From: Camelus ferus
Lineage: Eukaryota
Assembly (NCBI RefSeq): GCF_009834535.1
Contig: NC_045697.1
Span: 98,458,001-98,522,000, forward strand
Direction: 5' to 3'
Length of the DNA stretch: 64,000 bases
Shown here: piece by piece, positions 39,320 to 51,868 of the stretch
How positions within the stretch are numbered: position 1 is the first letter of the stretch
Layout of the letters: every line of letters starts with the position of its first letter
Notes under the pieces: model-generated
The model's input: the letters and a program-made list of their open reading frames with translations, nothing else
Database searches by the model: none
Told to the model about the DNA's origin: nothing
Position numbers and translations under genes: made by a program

Positions 39320-39712
39320 ACAGGACAACTATGTATAACACATGAGCCTGGTCTGGATCTGAACCGAAAAAAAATTATTTTTTGTCTTACTATAAAGGAC
39401 ATATAAAGACAATTGACAAAACTTGAATAAAGTCCATAGATTTAATAGTGTTGTCAATTTAATGGCTTGATTTTGATCACTGTACTATGGTTATATAAGA
39501 AAACATCCTTAGAATACTCACTGAAGTATTTAAGCATAAAGGGGCATCTATTTTGTCTTCTACTTACTCTCAAGTGGGTCAGAAAAAATCATAGATAGAG
39601 ATACATAGATAGAGGGGGCAAATGTGGTAAAATGTTAACATTTGGGAAATATTTATACTATTTTTGCAACTTTTCTATAAATCTGGTATTATTTTGAAAT
39701 AAAGTTTTTAAA
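39320..39712 (+). mobile_element. L1MC4-like 3' end
   Basis: tataaaggacat...tgattttgatcactgtactatggttatataagaaaac...gcaaatgtggtaaaatgttaacatttggg...tttttgcaacttttctataa. Confidence 0.75.
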
Positions 39713-40747
39713 AAGACAGAAGGAAGGAAGAAAGGGAGAGAGAAAGAGAGGGAGGGAGGAAACCACCTTCCCTTCTACTCCTTCCTTACAAAGGATGGTC
39801 CGGTAGTCACCTCCATTTAGTTTGTATACGTGGTTTTATTCATTTTAGGTCTTCTCAGTGAAATCTGACATATCTTCAGGAGGAAAAGTGAGTTTTCATA
39901 AATAGTTGAAACTAATTTAGCTAATGCACATCTCAAGGTATTTGAAAAGCAAATATTGATAACAAGTGTGACTGATCTTCCTAACAGGTCAGAAGATTTA
40001 AGGAATTTGGACAAAGTCAGAATAAGTCAATAGCAGGACTGAAGTTTCCTAACAGCTCATTCTGCATGATTTTTGAGTCAAACTTTTGAAATGCAGCAGC
40101 CATTCTGCAGTGGAAAATTGCCCCTGGGAAGCTACAAGAGTTCATCAAAGGCAGAGGGTCAGAGTCCTCTGTCTGCTATGGCAAGACACTGGTCATATTG
40201 CTATGCACCCCATAAATCACAAATAATAATATCCCGAGGCATTCTCTCCTGTATTAAAAGATAAGAACTCTGTTTTTGTTTCCAGAACCATTGCTGTCTT
40301 TCCCTGCTTCACATGGCTCATGTAATTCAGAAGATAGACTTCATTCAAAGAATGAAAAATAGCTTAGTCTGAATTCTGGTGCCTCTCTTCATCAATTCAG
40401 CCAGCTGCAGAACGTTATCTGCCTTGTAAGTACTCAGCTCCCTCTAACAAGATGAATTTCTTTCCTAAAACAGGTTTGTACTCAGGGCTTCACCACCAGC
40501 AATGTTAGCACCACTCTGAGAAAAAGATGTCTTACTAACAGAAGCCCAAATATGGGCTTTATAGACCTCATCTTTGGAGAAAAAGAGATGCATAGCACTC
40601 ATAAATAATGGGTCTTAGCAAAAAAATTAATAAACAAATAAGGAAACATCCTCCATGAATCCTGCTGGAATCGAAAGGCAGGCAGAACTCCACAGTCATC
40701 ACCAAACCAGAGACTGGCCTCTGAGGTTTTCTGCAGGCAGCCTTGTC

Positions 40748-40920
40748 ATTTCCACCCAAAGTGTAATCCACACAGCAACAGCTTCAGCTTCTTAGAAATG
40801 CTCTGGAAGCTTGTTAGAAATGTGGAATCTCAGGCCCCTTCACAGATATGTGGACTCAGAATCTGCATTTTCACAAGATCCCCAGGAGATCTGTATGCAC
40901 ACTGGAGTTTGAAAACACTG
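40748..40920. mobile_element. MER5A/MER5A1 hAT-Charlie MITE
   Basis: agcttgttagaaatgtggaatctcaggcccc...agaatctgcattttcacaagatccccaggagatctgtatgcacactggagtttgaaaacactg. Confidence 0.85.
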
Positions 40921-41199
40921 ACCAAGAGGAAATTATGCAACAGAGAGCTTGAGCCCAGGAGAAGCAGAAGGAAAATATATGCACACATGTGCACAGACAC
41001 ACACAAACATGCTGTTCTGATGCAAATGGGCCCCCTGTCCTAGTCTGAACTACCCACACACCAGCATCCACACTCCGCCATCCAGTCCCTCTGCCCCACC
41101 ACTCATCCATCCCTCCCATGGGTCTGGGGTCGATGACCTACATTCATTCACCCTAAGTGAGGGCAGACGCTAAGCAGCCTCCTGGCCTGCTATCTCGGA

Positions 41200-41395
41200 A
41201 AGATTACCATATGATTTTTATCTTTCATTCTATTAATGTCATGAATCACATGTACTGATTTGCATGGGTTGAACCATCTTTGTATTCAAGGCTAGATCGT
41301 GGTGTACAATCCTTTTAATGTACTGCTGAATTGTGCCATTGAGAACTTTTGCATCTATATTCATCAGGGATATTGGCCTATAGTTTAGGTTTCTT
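41200..41395 (-). mobile_element. L1 ORF2 (RT) fragment
   Basis: tttgcatctatattcatcagggatattggcctatagttt is the reverse of the [13 protein letters not shown] motif. Confidence 0.85.
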
Positions 41396-41444
41396 ATAGT
41401 CCAACTGTTCTATTATAGTTGTCTTTGAGAGACTAAAGGAAATA

Positions 41445-41690
41445 AATCCATTTACTGAGTGACTACTATGCAGCAGCCCTGGTCTCAGGCACTGTACCTG
41501 TATCACCTCATTTAATGCTTCTAACAACCATGCAAAGGTAACAGCAGGAGCTCCAATTCACTAATTAAAAACAAAAACAAACAAACAAAAACCTGAAGCT
41601 TTGACCAAGATCACACAGCAAGAAAATGTTTGAGCTAGGATCCTACCCTCGATTCCGAGTTCTGTTCTTTCTCCCACGCTACAACAACAC
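41445..41690 (-). mobile_element. MIR SINE
   Basis: catttactgagtgactactatg...caggcactgtac...ctcatttaatgcttctaacaacc...ccaagatcacacagc. Confidence 0.7.
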
Positions 41691-42178
41691 AGAAACTGAG
41701 ACTTCATCTTCTTATCTCTTGAAGGAACAAAAAAGGCCAATTCTATATGATTCTTCCTCTACAGCAAACTAGATTCTGTCCACGGCAGGGTATCTAGTTT
41801 CAGCAAGGCCAAAAACTGTTCATGAGTTGTTACTGGACATGGGAAGGAAATTTAGAAATGTGGTGGAATCTCTGTCTGACAGCCTTCTAAGCACCTCTGG
41901 AGGTCATCCAGGCCAAATATGTCCCAGACCACGCATTTCCTTTAGAGCATTGACTTGAATGGGGACATGAGGAGAAATTCACTTCCACAAGAAGCTAACC
42001 ATTCCATCCACACATTTCACCCTCAAACGAAGCCAAACAGCCTCCAATTTTCCCTTGGAAGCTATACAGGATACCCCACACCTGTCCCTCCCACAGCCTT
42101 TTAGAATTGAAGACAATAAACAGGACACATACAAAAGTTTTAGAATTTCTCCTTTGCCATGAAATACACTTGGTCTTT

Positions 42179-42304
42179 TTTTGTGTGTTGGTGGGAAGTA
42201 ATTAGATTTGTTTGTTTGTTATTTCAATGGAGGTACTGGGGACTGAACCCAGGACCTCGTGCATGCTAAGCATGCACGCTACCACTGAGCTATACCCTCC
42301 CCCC
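42179..42304 (-). mobile_element. Camelid tRNA-derived SINE (Vic-1-like)
   Basis: Reverse of gggagggtatagctcagtggtag...gtcctgggttcagtccccagtacctcc; exact 14-bp TSD tacacttggtcttt at 42165-42178 and 42305-42318. Confidence 0.9.
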
Positions 42305-43225
42305 TACACTTGGTCTTTGATCTCTTTCTTCTAAGACATAGTTTTTAATCCCTTTTCCATCCTGCTTCCTCCCCCAGGCACACATCATGCACCGTGAAGG
42401 TCAGGAGAGCGCCCCTACATAGCCCATCTCACAGGACAGCTGCAGTGTGACTGAGGCAGAGGCATTTCCCCCTTTAGTTTCACCCTATCTCTCTCTTTCC
42501 ACCCTGATCTTACCCAGCCCCTCCACACAAGCTGATCCAAAACGTCATCCATCTACCGAGGGGCGACACTGCTAACTCCACAAACGCATTAACTCTCCCA
42601 AGTGTTTCACCAACCCACTCACCCACCTGCCTCCGGAGGCTCCCGTTTTCAAGTGGCAATGTGATCAATCAAGTCAGCTTCATGTTCCACAGCCCACACG
42701 GTACAGAGGAAAAATTAATGACACTGACTGCTCTCACTAGAGAAGCAACTCAACTAGACAGCAGCCTTCACAACAACAGGAAAGGAACACGTCGCTTTAG
42801 TCACCCTGTAAGAAAAGGGGAAAAAAAACACATATATGGGGGGGTTTACCTCATACATAGATGAAGTAAAAAGTCACTTGCCCAAAGGCCACAGCAGGAC
42901 TCATGCTCTACTGGCCTGCGTGACACCTAGGATCCCTCTTCTCACGCGGTGCTTCAGCATTTCACAGACCTAAAGGCGATGAAGTCAGAAGTACTTGATT
43001 TAGAGTCTCAACCCAGCCCCTGTGGTTTGCAGACTGGGACTTCCAAAGCAACTCAATGAAAATAGACACACTGCAAGGACAGGAAAGTCCTCTCCGCGCC
43101 ATCCATCACAGGCTCCCAGCGGCTCTGCTTTATTTCCTGCCCACCAGACCCAGAGCAAAGGCTACCTAGTTTCCCTGTCTCTCACTTTTCCTCTTTCTCT
43201 CTCTCTCTCTCTCCACCCTTCCCTC

Positions 43226-43230
<5 letters not shown>

Positions 43231-43303
<73 letters not shown>
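43231..43303 (+). repeat. Perfect (TC)36 microsatellite in a longer pyrimidine tract
   Basis: Uninterrupted tc repeats 43231-43302. Confidence 0.95.
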
Positions 43304-43307
<4 letters not shown>

Positions 43308-44649
43308 GCCCCTCATTCCTGAGATATCAAAACCTAGTCTGGTCAGCTTTACATATGGTTGCCAGGCCCCACATCTTTCCCTCACCATCCTCAGAAAGAC
43401 ATAGCCACTCTACCCTCCTTATTTCTATGTAACCAACCCTACTCAGATTTCCACACCCTTCCTTGTACACTTGTTCCCTGAATTAGATTTCCCACCCCCG
43501 GCTTTATTTACATAGAAACAGGATAGAGTGGTTTGGAGTTTGGACCTTAGCAGACTCAGTTTAGAGCAATGATTTTTCCACCCGGCTCCCGCAGAGACCT
43601 AGGGTATCTCTGCAACTCCTCCTTGGCAAAGGGACGGCCCCCAGATGGGCTTCAGACCTCTTCACCTTTCTCACTTTTAGACAGAGGAATTCTACATGGG
43701 ATTTTTCTTTGATGGGAATACATTTCCACTGGAAAGGGGAAAAAAGCAATATGACTACAGGGAACTGAATTCCTCTCCTTACTTATCACCCTGTAAACCA
43801 TGGAACACACACAGAAAGACGTGTGCCTTCCCCACCCTGCCATGAAAGAGAAAGACCTAAAAAAAGCCTTCATGTTGGTCAGTAAAAAGCCACAAACAGA
43901 CAACGTTTGCTACTTCAGTGTCTCCGGTGCTTAGAATGCATAATACCAGACAAGGCGGGGTCATCCGGTCCAGCCCCTCATTATTCAGATGTGAAAATGG
44001 AAGCTCACTCACAGAGGTTAATGGCTTGCTTTATTAACTCAGAAGCAAAGTCACCACCACAATTTTTTCACACATAGTATATACTCTGGTTTGAAAGAAT
44101 AAACGTTTACATAATTAATGTGTTAATACAGATGTGATTCCTTCCAGAAAAGAATTCAGGCAGTCTTCTAAGAGAAAGAAAACCAAAAAAGAACGGTATT
44201 TAATAGGAGTGAAAAAAGAATGTGTGGATATGATTAGTTTTCCTAGTCTTAATCTCAAGCTCCAAAACTTTGCTCTTTGCGGTGACAAATACTCCAGACT
44301 CTGAAGTTTTACATCCATTGCACTTTTCTAGGCTGTCCTAAATTTTGAGTGACAAAAAATTTCCTACTTAGAAACTTTAAATAACTAGTGAGAAGCCAAT
44401 AAGGACTTGCAGGCAAGGAGGTGTCTTTGCGAGCAATATGTTATATTTAGATAGATTCTGCCTTGATTTCATGAAAATGTGTTTGCTCTTCTCTCAAGAC
44501 CAGAGTCTTTCTGCTTGCATTTGCTGTGAGAAATAGAACCAGGTTGTGATGAAGGGCAGGCCAAGCCGAGGGCCTAATGGGCCACACTGGTTGCCACATA
44601 TTGGAATTGGTTTGATCTCTGAGTGCAGATGCCTTACAGACGAGGCTAC

Positions 44650-44817
44650 AGTCTCGATTCTCCAAGGTGTGCCTGTGGCCCATCAGTAGCAGCCCACCCG
44701 GGAGCTCATTAGACATGAAGAATCTCTTGAGCCCTCCCCAGATCCACTGAATTGGAATCTGCATTTTAAGAAGATCTCCAGATGATCTGAATGTACATAA
44801 AGTCTGAGAAATAGTGA
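44650..44817. mobile_element. MER5A/MER5A1 hAT-Charlie MITE
   Basis: gggagctcattagacatgaagaatctc...ccccagatccactgaattggaatctgcattttaagaagatctccagatgatctg...aaagtctgagaaa. Confidence 0.8.
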
Positions 44818-44883
44818 TCCACAGCATCCTCAAGCTCTCAGATGCAGATGTTCACAAGCAGCCGTGGGATAAATAAAGCCTGA

Positions 44884-45808
44884 ACAAACAACTAAATCCA
44901 AAAATGGGCAGAAGACCCCAAAGACATTTCTCCAATGAAGACATACAAATGGCCAATAGGCACATGAAAATATGCTCAATATCGTTAATTATCAGAGAAA
45001 TGCAAATCAAAACTACAACGAGGTACCACCTCACACCAGTCAGAATAACCATCATTAAAAAGTCCACGGACAATAAATGCTGGAGAGGCTGTGGAGAAAA
45101 GGGAACCCTCCTACATGGTCAGTGGAAATATAATTGGTGTAGCCACTATGGAGAACAATCTGGAAGTTCTTTTAAAAACTAAAAGTAGAGCTACCCTATC
45201 ATCCAGCAATCCCACTCCTGGGCATATATTCAGAGAAAACTCTAATTAGAAAAGATACATGCACCCCAATGTTCATAGCAGCACTGTTTACAGTAGCCAA
45301 GACATGGAAGGAACCTGAATGTCCATAGGCAGATGATAAAGAAGTTGTGGTGTATGTATATGTTCAGCCGTATAAAGAATGACATAATGCCATTGGCAGC
45401 AACATAGATGACCTGGAGATTATCATACTAAGTGAAGTAATCAGACAGAGAAAAACAAATGTCATATGATATCACTTATATGTGGAATCTAAAACAATGA
45501 TACAAATGAATGTATGTACAAAAAGCACAGATACAGAAAACAAACTCATGGTTACCAAAAGGGAAAGGGGTAGGAGGGATAAATTAGGAGTTTGGGATTA
45601 GCAGATATAAACTACTATATATAAAATAGAAAAACAAGAAGGTCGTACTGTACAGCACAGGGAACTATACTCAATTTCTTGTAATAAGCTGTAATAAAAA
45701 AGAATATGAAAAAGTATATATATGTATAACTGAATCACTATGCTGTACACCAGAAACTAACATAACATTGTAAATCAACTAGACTTCAATAAAAAATAAA
45801 AAAAGAAG
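44884..45808 (+). mobile_element. L1 3' fragment (ORF2 Cys-rich C-terminus + 3' UTR + A tail)
   Basis: ORF 44904-45182 reads [16 protein letters not shown]...[17 protein letters not shown]; exact 13-bp TSD aaataaagcctga at 44871-44883 and 45809-45821. Confidence 0.93.
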
Positions 45809-47124
45809 AAATAAAGCCTGACTTGTACAGCTGAAATAGCGGCACATCAGTGAGAGATTGTCATTTGCGGTTTGGAGGGGGTTGGTGATGTAGGTTGGTT
45901 TTTGTTGTTGTCCTCGTTGCTCTTCAGTGAAAATATCAAGTGAAAGTCAAATGGGGAAAAGGTGCTTTTTGAGCCAATCTGATTAGTCATCCTTTGGCAC
46001 ATATCGACGAAGGTCTTCACCCCCGGGGGGCATAATTGTTCTTGAGAAGTGACTTTGTTGTAGAGAAAACTTTTGTTTCCAGAGGCGCAGGCTACCCAGC
46101 ACGGAGTAGAAGAGAAATATGGCGATTATCCAGTTCATTTACTTGCTGTACACAGCCAGACAAACCAATCCAGGTAGCGCAGGCTGTAAAAAATGTTCGG
46201 AGGTGCCGGAATTATTCAGGGTCACTGCTAACGTTGGTTCAAATGAACTGGATCACAGCCAGACTTGTGCTTTTAAACACAGTGCCAGGGGAATCTGCGC
46301 CAGCAGACTTAGAAGGGAAGGGGCAGGTGGAGGTAACCCCTGGACCCAGGTGGCATCTGATGAGGGTGACATTAGACTTGGCAGAGCTCCGGCCGCATGG
46401 TCTGCAGAGTACTTATCACATGGAAGGCAGGGCGGCTTGCCAACATACAGACACGGGGACCAACCAAAGGATAATTGCTATAAATTCTATACAGAGAGTG
46501 AAGACAGAGATGTCAGCAAAACGCATCGCCAGGCTGGGGAGCGGCACACACAGGACTGCAGGGTACAGTTGGATAAGAAAGGGAAGATTTTTGAAAAGGC
46601 CAAATTTGTTCATAGCAGGTATGGCAGGCCAGCTGGAAGACGTGTCAGTCAAGGACTAGACTCTCCGCTCGGAGGTGTTTCTGTCACTTGTCCGTGACAG
46701 CTTCTCAAAACTACATACAATGAAAAATCACAGCTAGATTTCCTCCGGGTATGGTGTAGGTTCCGACTGCAATTTAGGAAGAGGGGAGATTAACCAGTAT
46801 TTCTTCAGCCCCTCCCAAGCACCAGGTCTCTTTATAAGTGCTTTGTAAAAATCTTACCGAAGTGGTTATTTGGTGGAGGAAGGGCTTTACCCTGGGGACC
46901 AGCTACCCTTAAGAGGCTCTTATTTGGAATTTAGGCGTCCCCGAATTACCTACAATGGTATGAAAAATTACGCATGTATATTTTTTCTGGGAACAGAGAC
47001 CATTGCTTTCATCAGATTCTCCAACAGAACCATGATGAAAAGATTAAGAATTACAGTTAGCTGGATAAACTATGAAGGATGAAGAAACAAAGATCTATGG
47101 ACTATTCTCTCCCCAGCCCTGTAC

Positions 47125-47315
47125 TTGGTGACATCATTTAATGCTTCTAAAAACCCTAAGGTGAGTGGCAGTGTCCCCATTTTACAGTTAAGGAAAAGTA
47201 AGGCTGAAAGAGAACGTGAAGCCTTACCAGGTAAACACACCTAGTAACTGTACAACCTGGAATGGAAACTCAGATCTATCTAGTCCAAAATCCATGCTTT
47301 TTTATGATCCTATGC
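47125..47315 (-). mobile_element. MIR SINE fragment
   Basis: tcatttaatgcttctaaaaaccct...tccccattttacagttaaggaaa...aggtaaacacacctagtaa. Confidence 0.7.
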
Positions 47316-49439
47316 TTCTTGGATGCTTTATAGGATCGGGAGGAGGGGCGGTAAGAATTAGTGAAGGCACCAAGGAAGACCAATGTGACATTTTAGCTGG
47401 CTCTTAAAGAATGAGTTGAGTTGAGACAGCTAGAAGTAGAAAGAAGGAAATCCCAGGTAGAGGGGACAAGGCAAGAGGCAGAGCAGTGAGAAGGGATAAA
47501 ATGTTGAGGGAGGATGTCAACCTCCCTCCTCTTGGATCAGGAACTTCCTAAAGACTCAAGAGCCAAGGAATAGTCACAAGACCAAGTGCAACTAGGGGTT
47601 AAACTCCTAGCCCATTTGGTTTTAAATCTCCTGTCACCCAAACCCCAGCACAACCAGAGGATAACCATCCCTAACGAAGACCCTGACCTAAAGCCCAGGA
47701 GCCACTTTAATGCCCAGCATCGATTCAAACGAGTGCATTTTGAGCCAGCATCTTGAGCCCAGAGAGCAGGTTTACTGCAGGTCAGCAAGAAGCCAAGAGC
47801 TTACCCAGTGCCACTGGAGCCCAAACAGCAACAAGCAGCCTCTCTGGAAATAAAAGATCATCCGTTAAGTGTGCGGGTTTAATGCATCTCCGCTCTCCAA
47901 GATGCTCCTGTCTCAATACAAATAATATCCAGAAACTAAAATATTCCATGTGCGCCCCAACACATTTAATCAGGCTCTCAGACACGCAGTGACTCTACTG
48001 CGGGCTCCTGCTGCCTTCTGAAATGGAAAAACCACTCATATTCGCATGGAATCCCATGTAATTGAATTGTGGTTTTAAATCCTGTGATTAACAGATGGCA
48101 CAGTCTTGTCCCAGTGTGCTCACCCCCTCTCCTTACCCTCGGAGACACAACACACACCCCTTTGGACCATCACCAGCAGTCACTGCTTTCTTCAGTCCCT
48201 GTGTTATTTTCAGCACTTAACTCTCTTTTACAAAGAAGCCATTTCACAAGCATTATTAAGACTCAGGTAACAACTCCAACCAAATCTCATTGGCTTGTGA
48301 AGGAATTTAAGTGTATCATAGCCCAAACCACTTCAGGCTCCCTGGATGGGAATTCTTGAGATTTTATTTCCCAACAGAAGAAAGTGAAAAAATATATTAA
48401 AAGATAAAGGCCCATGATATTCATCTTGTTTCAGCAGACCATAAGTTCCTCGAGGGCAGGGAGAGGTTATTTGGCTGATTGATTTAATATTTATTGAGTC
48501 ATAACTATCTTCATGGAACATAGAAATAAATGTATCAATGCACTTCATTACAAGAAGTATCGCTGTCTCTAGACAGAACCAAGAAGCATTCCCTTTGATG
48601 CCTTCCTTCCTTTATACTGATTAACAACTTGAAAGAGCAGCTCCTGTTCTAAAAAATATATGAGTAGAAAATACTGCATTCCATTGCATAAAACTGGAAT
48701 AAAAGATTGCCCCTCTCTGAAATAACTATGTGATAGGAAACGGGCTTGCTGCTGGAGAAGCAGACAGAGGAACTCATCATTCCTGAAAACATTTCACTTT
48801 CAAAGCACATAGTCTCAAAACGCCTGTATAATTATGAGATTTCAGACTTGGTGTTTCTTGATCCACGGTTTCAACTGGAATGGATGGGTGGCACGAGGAA
48901 ACTTAAAAATAATTTTTAAAAAAAAGCACTCCCAAAAAGCAGACAAATTTCTACCACAGTTACTTTCAAGACCAGAAACTATGTGCTCATAAATGCTTTA
49001 CTTATGCCCACCAGCGTATCACCTAAAAGTGCTATCTTTAGCGGGGGCAGGGGGACATGACACGTGGCCGCAGTTCTACCCACATGAACAACCACCAGGA
49101 CAATCTACCCGAACAGCACACCCCAGGGCTCCAGGATCATTGTGAGCCCAAATTTGGCAGCTTGTTATCAATTCAGTGTAGGTGCTGTTTTGTAAACATA
49201 CCTAATTTGGTTTTAAATTTTAATCCATAAAGTCATTACTAAAGGACTCCAGGCTGCTGAAATGATGAACCAACTGCTTCTCCAGCAGACAGGAAGCCAC
49301 CAGCGCCAGTCAGGGCTTTCTGTCCTCAGCTCTCTGCTTTGCCTCCCGTATTCCCCTCTCCTCTCATTTCCTTCTCAGCAGTGTGCTGTCTTTCCCATGC
49401 ATGGTCTCCCACTCACCCAAGTTTTTCCATTGCTACCCA

Positions 49440-49625
49440 ACTGTTCTCTCTCTCTGTCTCTCTCTCATCTCTCTGCCTCTTTCTCTGTGTCTCTCTCTGT
49501 CTGTGTGCATGTTTGTGTATTTCTCTCTGTCTCTCCCTGTCTATCTCTGGCACTGTGTCTGTCTCTCTCTGTCTTTCACAGACACACACACCCCACATGC
49601 ACGCACACGTACACTTGTACACACT
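49440..49625 (+). repeat. Degenerate (TC)/(TG)/(CA) low-complexity tract
   Basis: tctctctctctgtctctctc...cacacacac; explains four overlapping low-complexity ORFs. Confidence 0.85.
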
Positions 49626-50019
49626 GAAGTTCTTTGCTCTTTCTAACCCAGTATTCCAATCACTGCCTCCTCTACTCTCCCCATTTAATCTACTTCTCTC
49701 ACATAAACATTGCTCTTTAACAAGAAGATCAGGCTGAGTTTGGGGAAAAGAAACTATCTTAAAGAGCTGATGGCAGGGAACATAGCTGACTGACAGACGG
49801 ACTGACCAACGGGATGGGCCGCCAGCATCTCAGTTACTGCCTTCCTTTGAATATTGGTTCTTGTGGGTAATTACCCATAAAAGGAGAGGATTTTTTCAAG
49901 GGAGAGATCAAAAGGTGGATCTTTCAAAACATAGCATCTGATAAAATTTGGTTTCTTTAATAAAATATGTATCAAGTCCGGTTCTAAGGGACTTTGGGAT
50001 TTTAACCACTTGTTCACTC

Positions 50020-50195
50020 TTCGTAACAACTCTTAGAGGATGGTATTTCTCCTCTCCCCCATTTCCCAGGAGACTGAAGCCCAGAGACGTCAAGCAACCT
50101 GCCCCAAGTCACACAACTGGAAAGTAGCTAACAGGATTTCCACCCAGATAGTTTGTCTCTAGAGTCCATGTTTTTAACCACTACACTCTGCTGCT
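50020..50195 (-). mobile_element. MIR SINE fragment
   Basis: ctcttcgtaacaactct...ggagactgaagcccagagacgtcaagcaacctgccccaagtcacacaact...ttttaaccactacac. Confidence 0.75.
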
Positions 50196-51675
50196 GCTTA
50201 CTTGACTGACTGCATTTTTGTCTGATTCACAAAGAAGAAATGTTGCATTCATTTTTTTATGCATTCTATCTACTATTAAAGCTAAGTTTTCTGTATCAGA
50301 GAAAATACATGACTGATTTACCCTACTGGGTAATTTTTACCCTACTTACCCTGTTGGATAAATATTTATACTACTGTACAAGTCAGTTACTGCTCAAAAA
50401 TCCTATTTCTGGCCCTCCAACAGTAACAACACATGTGTTGACCTGAGATGTTCGAGAGCAATCTCTTACCTTTTTACACACCACTCCTCTCATCAGTCCA
50501 TATCCCTAACCGTATACACTTCCCTTTCCAAAGAGCAGCTTCTTAAAGAACCATTCTCAACGACTTGGTCCTACTGCTCAATGAGGGTTACATAGCATCC
50601 CAGAGCGGCCAAGACGATACGGCCCTGGGGGACCTGACACAGAGGCCCCGGAAGCTTCCCTAGAGAAGAAGCCGTGTTGATCTAGAAATTCTCCATGTTC
50701 CATGCTGCTCTGTGATAATCTACCTCATTTCCTCCGATTCAAAGTTAAAGTGGGCAAAATAAACGCTAGACCATTTGGGAAAGCCAGGAGAGAGATTCTA
50801 TTTTTTTCTGTAACCATAATAAGAACATTTTCTGTTCTGCAGGATTGGTGTTTTCAGAGACGTTTCTTCCACAGTCTGCTTTGTTTTAAGATCTTAAAAC
50901 CCAAAGGCCCCGGGATTCTTCCTCTTTCAAAAATGGATGGTTCTGCTTTTCATTTAAGGTGCAGTTTCGAAAGAAGCAGCCTGTGAAACCAATTAACTAA
51001 TTGGAAATCACTTAATGACTGTGGCAGCATTTTGGATTTCTGGCATCGGCGCACAGCAGTCAAGAGAAATTGCTTTCCAATATTATGATAAGGTAAGCTG
51101 TGGAGGTCTCACCGGGGGCGGCCGAAGGCTGCTGCGAGCAACAATCAGCTCTAATATGCCCACCAAAATAATGGAGATGCTATCATGTGGAATTCAGTGA
51201 TTGTAAAGCAAGCGCAACATGAAAATCCAAAGAGATGTGGAGATCTGCTGAGAACAAATGTGCAGCTCTAGTTTCCTCGCTATGATTTCTGAGAGCTTAC
51301 AATCTTCGCATAAACATTAAGTGGTCGAAGCTGCTCTCAGAGAGGGAGCAAGACATGTGAGGAAAGAGAGGTGGCATGAGGAGAGGAAAAAAATAAGAGA
51401 GTAAATATTCACCCTAGAACAAGTGTCCAATTAATTGTTTTAGTATGAAGAGAGTCACTGTTCACATTAGGGAAATAATCCAGTTAATTGCTCAAGAGTT
51501 AACATAGCCAGAGAAAATAAATTACCCCCAACACAGGTAGTCAATTCTCTCAGCATATTTCTAAATAGCAGAGTTCATTAGAACCAAAATCATCACTGTA
51601 GAAAACGGAATCAGCCAGTATCTCTAGTAGGATAGCTAATTCTTTTTTACTTTATTTTAAAAGAAAAGCATGGTG

Positions 51676-51868
51676 AGTGGGAGGGTATAGCTCAGTGGTA
51701 GAGTGTGCGCTTAGTGTGCTCGATTTCCTGGGTTCAATCCCCAGTACCTCTGTTAATAAATACATACATGCATACATACATACATACATACATACATACA
51801 TACATACATACATACATACATAATCCCCTCCCCCCCAAAATTAAAAATAAATAAATAATTTTTTTAAA
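51676..51868 (+). mobile_element. Camelid tRNA-derived SINE (Vic-1-like) with internal (TACA)n expansion
   Basis: A box tagctcagtgg 51688-51698, B box ggttcaatcc 51731-51740, (taca)n 51761-51820, C-rich block and A-rich tail. Confidence 0.88.

Noticed and set aside
46165..46179. Minus-strand peptide RYLDW resembling the microbial rhodopsin helix C motif
   Set aside because: It lies in a ~26-codon stop-bounded frame with no other rhodopsin features; coincidence
45980..46710. Minus-strand hydrophobic peptides or a possible terminal exon suggesting a membrane-protein pseudogene
   Set aside because: Weak acceptor (gtatgtag), multiple stops, no recognisable family motif, and no poly(A) or TSD evidence
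43022..49737. LSLSLS / HTHT-rich ORFs at 43022 and 49262-49737
   Set aside because: Products of (TC)n and (CA)n microsatellites
31605..51125. Partial CTCF-like motifs (~31615, ~46345, ~51110)
   Set aside because: Each has mismatches in core positions and cannot be supported without PWM scoring or ChIP data
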